Assembly (NCBI GenBank): GCA_963796275.1
Contig: CAWCKY010000007.1
Location: forward strand, 736,001 to 800,000
Origin: an uncultured Acidobacteriota bacterium
GTDB lineage: Bacteria > Acidobacteriota > Blastocatellia > RBC074
Length of the DNA: 64,000 nucleotides
Direction: 5' to 3'
Part shown: one piece after another, positions 58,083-64,000 of the stretch
How the letters are laid out: the number at the start of each line of letters is the position of its first letter
Numbering within the stretch: position 1 is the stretch's first letter
Notes under the pieces: model-generated
What the model saw: only the letters and a program-made list of their open reading frames with translations
The model's database searches: none
What the model was told of the DNA's origin: nothing
Made by a program: the position numbers and the translations under genes

Positions 58083-59261
58083 ATGAATTATCGATTTCCT
58101 TTAATTGAAAAACTGCCCCCTTACGTCTTCGCCGTTATAAACCAGCTGAAGATGGAGGCCAGGCGCCGCGGCGAGGACATAATCGATCTCGGCATGGGCA
58201 ACCCCGATCTGCCGACGCCGGAACCCATTGTCGAGAAGATGGTTGAAGCGGCCCATAATCCGCGCAATCATCGCTACTCGTCTTCCCGAGGCATTCCGAA
58301 CCTGCGCGCCGAGATTTCTCGCTGGTATGCGCGGCGCTACCAGGTTGAGATAGACCCCGAGACAGAAGCGATTGCGACCATGGGCGCGAAAGAAGGGTTT
58401 TCACATCTCGTGCTCGCGCTCGTTCAACCAGGTGATAAGGTTATCGTCCCGGATCCCAGCTATCCGATCCACTCCTTCGCCGCTACGATCGCCGGGTGCG
58501 AATTGATCAAACTGCCGATCGACGACAATCCCGAAGATATGATGGACGCGTTGCGCCGACTGGAATTTTCGCGTTCGCAGCAGCCCAAGCTGTTGGTGCT
58601 CTCATTTCCGCACAACCCGACGACGACGTGCGTCGGGCGCGAATTCTTTGATGAAGCGGTGGCGATTGCACGCGAGCGCGGTTATTTGATCATTCATGAC
58701 TTGGCTTACGCCGATCTCGTCTTCGACGATTACCGAGCGCCGAGCATATTGGAAGCTCCGGGCGCGAAGGATGTTGCGGTAGAAATGTTTTCGATGTCGA
58801 AGAGCTATTCGATGGCAGGATGGCGCGTGGGGTTCTGCGCCGGAAACTCCCAGGCGGTCGCGGCATTGACCAGGCTCAAAAGCTATCTCGATTATGGAAT
58901 CTTCCAGCCGATTCAGATCGCGAGCATCATCGCCTTGCGCGATTGCGATCAAGCCGTACCGGAGATCGTCGATGTCTATCGCAAACGCCGCGACGTCTTG
59001 ATCAAGGGTTTGTCATCGGCGGGATGGAACGTCCCTTCGCCGAAAGGGACGATGTTCGTCTGGGCGAAGATCCCCGAACCGTTCGCCCAAATGGGATCGC
59101 TAGAATTTGCCAAACGTATGATAACGAGCGCGGGCGTCGCGGTTTCACCAGGGATCGGATTTGGCGAGCGAGGGGATGGATATGTGCGATTCGCGCTGGT
59201 AGAGAACGAACAGCGGATTGCGCAGGCTATTCGCGGCATTAAGACATTTATCAACGACTAA
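58083..59261 (+). CDS. Class I/II PLP aminotransferase (AlaC/YfdZ-like)
   Basis: [37 protein letters not shown] and KSYLDYG motifs. Confidence 0.9.
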   Translation: MNYRFPLIEKLPPYVFAVINQLKMEARRRGEDIIDLGMGNPDLPTPEPIVEKMVEAAHNPRNHRYSSSRGIPNLRAEISRWYARRYQVEIDPETEAIATMGAKEGFSHLVLALVQPGDKVIVPDPSYPIHSFAATIAGCELIKLPIDDNPEDMMDALRRLEFSRSQQPKLLVLSFPHNPTTTCVGREFFDEAVAIARERGYLIIHDLAYADLVFDDYRAPSILEAPGAKDVAVEMFSMSKSYSMAGWRVGFCAGNSQAVAALTRLKSYLDYGIFQPIQIASIIALRDCDQAVPEIVDVYRKRRDVLIKGLSSAGWNVPSPKGTMFVWAKIPEPFAQMGSLEFAKRMITSAGVAVSPGIGFGERGDGYVRFALVENEQRIAQAIRGIKTFIND

Positions 59262-59309
59262 AAGCCGCGGGGACGAGAAAAAAAACGAGAGAATTGATTA
59301 TTTGAGGTT

Positions 59310-59942
59310 TTGCCGCAATCGATGGTGGACGAATCGATCAAAGATGTAATAACGGAAGCCGATGTGCGGGCTGTGCCGGTCGGCGAACAATTGCTAATTC
59401 GCGAAGGAGCGATCATCACTCCTTCAGCTCAGGATTTGATACGCGCACGCGAGATCGAGATTCGCTATCGAGGTCCATCTGCCGGAAAGCAGCGCTCGAT
59501 CGCAATCGGCGCGGATCACGGCGGTTACGAGATGAAGGAAGCGCTCAAGCGATTGCTCGACGAATTGGGCTATCGCTACCGCGACTTTGGAACATTTTCG
59601 ACCGATGCCGTCGATTATCCGGATTACGCTCATAATGTCGCGCGCGCGGTCGCTAGCGGGGCGTGCGATCTGGGGATCGTGATTGATGGGGCGGGTATCG
59701 GTTCGTGTATGACGGCGAACAAGGTTCCCGGCGTTCGCGCCGCGATGTGCTATGACGAGGCGACGGCGCGGAACAGCCGCGAGCATAATTATGCCAACGT
59801 GCTTACTCTCGGGGGACGCATGATTTCGCCTGATAAGATGGGGGATATCGTGCAGACCTGGCTGGCGACGCCCGAAGGCGAAGAGCGTCACGGCAAACGC
59901 GTTGCAAAAATAATGGCGATCGAACGTCAATATCTGCGATGA
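59310..59942 (+). CDS. rpiB: Ribose-5-phosphate isomerase B with a ~60-aa N-terminal extension
   Basis: IAIGADHGG, VDYPD, DGAGIGS.M.ANKVPG.RAA, REHN.AN and RH.KRV.KI motifs. Confidence 0.92.
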   Translation: MPQSMVDESIKDVITEADVRAVPVGEQLLIREGAIITPSAQDLIRAREIEIRYRGPSAGKQRSIAIGADHGGYEMKEALKRLLDELGYRYRDFGTFSTDAVDYPDYAHNVARAVASGACDLGIVIDGAGIGSCMTANKVPGVRAAMCYDEATARNSREHNYANVLTLGGRMISPDKMGDIVQTWLATPEGEERHGKRVAKIMAIERQYLR

Positions 59943-60037
59943 ATCGATTGCTTGTGCTGGTCAAATGAGAAGGTTATGATGCGCTTGTTATCATCTATTA
60001 TAGATACAATTTCCATTTCTTCGGAGGATAAAAAAAT

Positions 60038-60385
60038 ATGACTATGGAAGCTCTTGGCATGGTCGAAACAAAGGGCTTCGTCGGCGCAGTTGAAGCGGCT
60101 GATGCAATGGTGAAAGCTGCCAATGTGCAGCTCGTGGGCAAGGAATATATCGGCGCCGGGTATGTTACTGTCTTTGTGCGCGGGGATGTAGGCGCAGTCA
60201 AAGCGGCAACCGATGCCGGAGCGGCAGCGGCCAGACGCGTCGGAGAGCTTGTCTCAGTTCACGTCATACCACGCCCGCATATCGAGGTGGAGCGCATTGT
60301 GCCGCAAAACGGCTATCAACCCGGATCGCGGATCGAGGGCGCCGAGCAGCGGGCATTGGGCGACGGCAATAAGAGTAAGAAGTAG
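60038..60385 (+). CDS. Bacterial microcompartment shell hexamer (BMC-H, EutM/PduA-like) with a C-terminal tail
   Basis: ALGMVETKG...[12 protein letters not shown]...GDVGAVKAA...HVIPRPH. Confidence 0.97.
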   Translation: MTMEALGMVETKGFVGAVEAADAMVKAANVQLVGKEYIGAGYVTVFVRGDVGAVKAATDAGAAAARRVGELVSVHVIPRPHIEVERIVPQNGYQPGSRIEGAEQRALGDGNKSKK

Positions 60386-60392
60386 GATAGCG

Positions 60393-60480
60393 GCCAGTAA
60401 TTTCCGGATTCCAGTTTCAGTTTTTGACGAAGCGAGCTGCTTCGAATTGCCAACTGGAATCTGGGAAGCTGGAAACTGAT
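60393..60480. repeat. Degenerate inverted heptamer hairpin (TTCCAGT / AACTGGA)
   Basis: ttccggattccagtttcagttt...aactggaatctgggaagctggaaactga. Confidence 0.7.
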
Positions 60481-60483
60481 CAT

Positions 60484-62184
60484 ATGTCAGACAAGGACCT
60501 GCAATCAGTACAAGCTGCGCGCAATCTGGTAGAGGCCGCGCATCGAGCTTATGCGGTCGTCGCTGCTTTTGACCAAACTCGAATCGATGCAATCTGTCAG
60601 GCGATGGCGCAGGGCGCCCAGCGCGAATCGATGCGTCTGGCGCAGATCGCGCACGAGGAGACGGGCTATGGCAATGCGGCGGATAAAAATGTCAAGAACC
60701 TCTTCGCCGCTGTCGATATTCACAACTACTTCAAACGATTGCGCACTGTCGGAATCGTGCGTGAGAACGATTCAGTGGTTGAAATCGCCGCTCCGCGCGG
60801 AGTCGTTGCCGCTATCATTCCATCAACCAATCCTACATCGACGGCAATTTTCAAGGTCTTGATCGCAATAAAATCGCGCAATTCGATTGTGCTCAGCCCG
60901 CATCCGTCGGCGACGCGGTGCGTCATTGAGACAGTCAAAGTAATGCGCGATGCGGGTGTAAAGGCGGGTCTGCCCGCAGATGCAATAGGTTGTTTGGAAC
61001 TGACGACGATTGAGGGCACGGAAGCCCTGATGAAGCACAAGTTGACAGCGGTGATCCTGGCTACCGGAGGATTGGGGTTGGTGCGCGCCGCATACTCATC
61101 CGGAAAACCCGCCTTCGGCGTCGGCCCCGGTAATGTGCCGGCATTCGTCGAAAAGACTGCTGATGTACCGAAAGCAGTGCGCGATGTGCTGGCGGGTAAA
61201 TGCTTCGATTTCGGAACGATCTGCGCCTCAGAGCAATCCATCGTAGTCGATTCTTCGCTCGATAATGAAGTGCGCGCTCAATTCGCAGCCCAGGGCGCAT
61301 TCTTTCTAAATCAAGCGCAGAGCGATGCGCTGGCCAAGTTAGTCGTTACGCCGCAACGCAGTTTGAATCCGAAGATCGTCGGCAAACCTGCGACGACACT
61401 GGCCGAGTGGGCCGGCATCAGCGTTCCTCCGAACACGAGATGTCTGGTCGCCGAGGTCGGCGGAGTCGGGCGTGAGTATCCGCTCTCGATAGAAAAACTG
61501 TCTCCCATTCTCACCTATTACGTCGTCAACGGTCTGGATGAGGGCAGTCGGCTCTGCGACGAAATCCTTCATTATGGTGGGATGGGGCATACCGCGTCAG
61601 TTCATACGCGCGACCGCAATGCGGCATTGCGGTATGGAACGCTGATGCCCGCATCGCGCGTGGTAGTCAATACCCCTGCGACTCACGGCGCTATCGGGTT
61701 TTCGACTGCCTTGGCACCTTCCATGACTCTGGGTTGCGGTTCATGGGGCGGTAACGTTACTTCAGACAACATCTCTCCCTTGCATTTAATGGATATCAAA
61801 CGGGTCGCTTTTGAGACCCGACCTGTGACTTCGGCGAACCAAACAGCGGTTCAGCAATCAGTCACACCTTCCGCGACTCCCATCGAGCGAGATGTTATTA
61901 CCGCGATGGTCGACAAATTCCTGGCCGCCCGCAAACCACCGGCGGTCGTAGAAACGACTAACGCGCGAGACGCAGAAGAGAATGTCCAGCCAAAAGTTGC
62001 CATTCCATCGCCAAAACCTAAGGAAGCGATGAATAACGGATATCGGGCCGTCGATTTCGTTTGCGAGGATGATGTCAAGCGTGCTATCGAACGTGGCGAA
62101 AAGATTTATATCAGCGCCAGAACGATAATCACTCCATCCGCGCGCGACTTGGGCGATCCGCGAGAGGTCTTTGCCAAGGCTTGA
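60484..62184 (+). CDS. CoA-acylating aldehyde dehydrogenase (EutE/PduP/AdhE-N family) with C-terminal encapsulation-type extensions
   Basis: [44 protein letters not shown] and [10 protein letters not shown] motifs; start ATG 60484. Confidence 0.93.
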   Translation: MSDKDLQSVQAARNLVEAAHRAYAVVAAFDQTRIDAICQAMAQGAQRESMRLAQIAHEETGYGNAADKNVKNLFAAVDIHNYFKRLRTVGIVRENDSVVEIAAPRGVVAAIIPSTNPTSTAIFKVLIAIKSRNSIVLSPHPSATRCVIETVKVMRDAGVKAGLPADAIGCLELTTIEGTEALMKHKLTAVILATGGLGLVRAAYSSGKPAFGVGPGNVPAFVEKTADVPKAVRDVLAGKCFDFGTICASEQSIVVDSSLDNEVRAQFAAQGAFFLNQAQSDALAKLVVTPQRSLNPKIVGKPATTLAEWAGISVPPNTRCLVAEVGGVGREYPLSIEKLSPILTYYVVNGLDEGSRLCDEILHYGGMGHTASVHTRDRNAALRYGTLMPASRVVVNTPATHGAIGFSTALAPSMTLGCGSWGGNVTSDNISPLHLMDIKRVAFETRPVTSANQTAVQQSVTPSATPIERDVITAMVDKFLAARKPPAVVETTNARDAEENVQPKVAIPSPKPKEAMNNGYRAVDFVCEDDVKRAIERGEKIYISARTIITPSARDLGDPREVFAKA

Positions 62185-62424
62185 TCTTGGAAATTTATCG
62201 CGCGCACCCATAATATTCCGTGGGTGCTCAGATCAGACAGATCGACGTTGAGTCAGATTTAAATATATAAATGACGCGTATTTCTCAGAATAGTAACTCG
62301 CGTCTGATAATAAATATATTTCACCTGGTGAACAAGCTGGGGGTCGACTCACTGGCTGAATCGGTACACTACGCGATTCGCATTAATATCATCGGGCAAA
62401 ACATAAGCGACGAAAAAGATTCCC

Positions 62425-63858
62425 TTACAAAACCGCACTGAGGCCTTCCTGATCCAACTGAGAAGTATCGAGCACCCCTCTCGTAACCTTGAACAGACCG
62501 GGGAATCGTGACTCCCATGGCTTGTTCGCGGCAGGCATGTATTGCCGCGCATTCGCCTCGATGCCAGAAACGCCAGGCACGTGGGCGGCTATGCCCGCCG
62601 AATGTATCAACGAAGCCCCAGGGCACGTCAGGTCCTGCACGCACAAAAACATCCGATATTTCTGGGCCGCGGCTGCCATCAGCATCGCCTGACTTTGTCC
62701 CTTGCAGGCTTTCAGCGCGACTCCCGTGTAACCCATCTCGCGCGCCAACAGCAGGCTCTCCATATCAGTTAATGATTCGTCTATCACAACGGGACGAAGC
62801 TTCGCCGCTTCGCGCATCACATTTTGTCGGTTCCCTTTGAGGTCGCGCGCTGTGGGTTGTTCCAGATAGAGGATGCGCGCAAACCCGCGAGGAGTCAGCT
62901 CATTCACCTTGCGCAGATATTCGAGCACATATTCGACGTTCGGGCAGCGTTCGTTGAAATCGACACAGTATTTCCAGTCGATTTTCGGCCTCGTCTCCGA
63001 CGCGACCCGGTCGATGTTCACCGTGCGTTCGATGTCCCATTGCAGGTCTTCCCCCTGCAACTTGATCTTGATATGCGTGAGGCCGCTGAAGTTGATCCAT
63101 TGGGCCAGCGTCTCCGGGAGCCCGTCGCCGATACGTTGACTCAGCTCGGAAGGTAAGACCGCATCGGCGCCGCCAACCGAGTGGAACATCGCAATCACCG
63201 GTTTCGCCCCGGTCAATATATATCGACTGAGATATTCGCCTTTGAATGATTGATCGAGGTAATACGACAGGTCGCGGCTCATTAAATCCTTACCGTACGT
63301 CTGATAACAATTCCGCTTATGAACTTTGCCGAACGCGTCGTGGATAGCGGCGTCGAAGGGGCTGGCGGTGACGAGGGCACATAGTTTTGGAATAGGGGAA
63401 GGGAGTTTCAATTCATGCGAGATATCTTGCGCGGCTTTCAGAATATCGGGTTCAACCGCCAGGTTTATATCGATCGGGTGGCCGTATTCTTGGTAATTCG
63501 CCGTTATTTTCGCGATGCGTTCCGCCAACCTTTTCATCGCATTCAAGGTGGTGTCATAGGACATCTCTCGCGACGGGAACGACCAAACATTACCCATGGG
63601 CATCGAACCGAAACCTTTAGCGGTCTTACCATCGGGTCTACGCACGACCACCTTCACATTTAAGATGGTCGCGCGATCGACGGGCACTCCGCCAAATTTG
63701 TATGGCGCACGATAGAGAAACTCCTCATAGTCGAAGGAGACATCCTCGATACGGATTCCGGTTTGATTGGTCGACTTGAGAAAGGCGATTTCCGTCAATC
63801 CGAGCGAAGCCATCGCCGAGCCTCTCAGGAAATTGCGACGTGATTGGGTCTTCATCAT
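62425..63858 (-). CDS. Enolase-superfamily (mandelate racemase/MLE-like) protein with a twin-arginine signal
   Basis: SRRNFL; KIKL, VDFNE, EQP, IDES, LKACKG and CVQDL motifs. Confidence 0.8.
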   Translation of the reverse strand: MMKTQSRRNFLRGSAMASLGLTEIAFLKSTNQTGIRIEDVSFDYEEFLYRAPYKFGGVPVDRATILNVKVVVRRPDGKTAKGFGSMPMGNVWSFPSREMSYDTTLNAMKRLAERIAKITANYQEYGHPIDINLAVEPDILKAAQDISHELKLPSPIPKLCALVTASPFDAAIHDAFGKVHKRNCYQTYGKDLMSRDLSYYLDQSFKGEYLSRYILTGAKPVIAMFHSVGGADAVLPSELSQRIGDGLPETLAQWINFSGLTHIKIKLQGEDLQWDIERTVNIDRVASETRPKIDWKYCVDFNERCPNVEYVLEYLRKVNELTPRGFARILYLEQPTARDLKGNRQNVMREAAKLRPVVIDESLTDMESLLLAREMGYTGVALKACKGQSQAMLMAAAAQKYRMFLCVQDLTCPGASLIHSAGIAAHVPGVSGIEANARQYMPAANKPWESRFPGLFKVTRGVLDTSQLDQEGLSAVL

Positions 63859-63871
63859 TTTACTTTGCCGA

Positions 63872-64000
63872 TTATTTGTAGGCGGTTTGCAATTGCGATT
63901 TTAGAAAAGCCAGATCGCGCTGAGCTGCAACTATAGTATTCTGTTCGATAGCTGCAGGGCTTTCGCCCGGGATGTCATATTCGAGATGGAGCGAGATCGG
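63872..64000 (-). CDS. 3' end of a probable xylose-isomerase-like TIM-barrel (sugar phosphate isomerase/epimerase), truncated by the window
   Basis: Manual translation [12 protein letters not shown]...[18 protein letters not shown]. Confidence 0.6.
   Translation of the reverse strand, partial: PISLHLEYDIPGESPAAIEQNTIVAAQRDLAFLKSQLQTAYK

Overview
A 64-kb gene-dense bacterial chromosome segment. An Acidobacteriota (Blastocatellia-like) origin is inferred from the Oar-type TonB receptor, the Ig-extended Pal and the many Sec/Tat-exported enzymes; this is not proven. In order it holds: an AlaX-L-type editing gene (partial); a form II coxSLM...coxG cluster interrupted by three AT-richer unknown genes; an M48 protease; a PQQ-type beta-propeller; RidA; a uxaE-SDR-LarA-like operon; a molybdopterin oxidoreductase; ispG; a Gfo/Idh/MocA oxidoreductase; an alpha/beta hydrolase; a divergent IlvD/Edd dehydratase; a TonB-dependent receptor; DinG; an M20 hydrolase; an isolated atpDC pair; a tol-pal operon with an embedded GNAT; a TPR-phosphodiesterase-FHA/GAF adenylate cyclase module; a HEAT protein and an M14 peptidase; a nucleoside uptake/salvage cluster (ABC permeases, PNP, cdd, MTA/SAH-type deaminase, hpt); and, after an aminotransferase, an rpiB-BMC-H-acylating aldehyde dehydrogenase microcompartment locus. 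The most interesting signals are four. (1) A minimal sugar-phosphate-type BMC locus sits next to nucleoside salvage genes, and its RpiB and AldDH share the same ~40-aa terminal module. (2) A family of inverted 7-mer/9-mer tandem-repeat hairpins starts at stop codons and ends at start codons across the window. (3) The adenylate cyclase has six 11-aa repeats, several ending in S/T-P, between FHA and GAF. (4) A Zn-finger / Pro-rich / degenerate-ASKHA trio lies inside the cox cluster. Frameshifts clustered at 53-56 kb are probably assembly errors. I recognised no rRNA, tRNA, CRISPR array or transposase. All calls come from reading motifs by eye; no searches were run.
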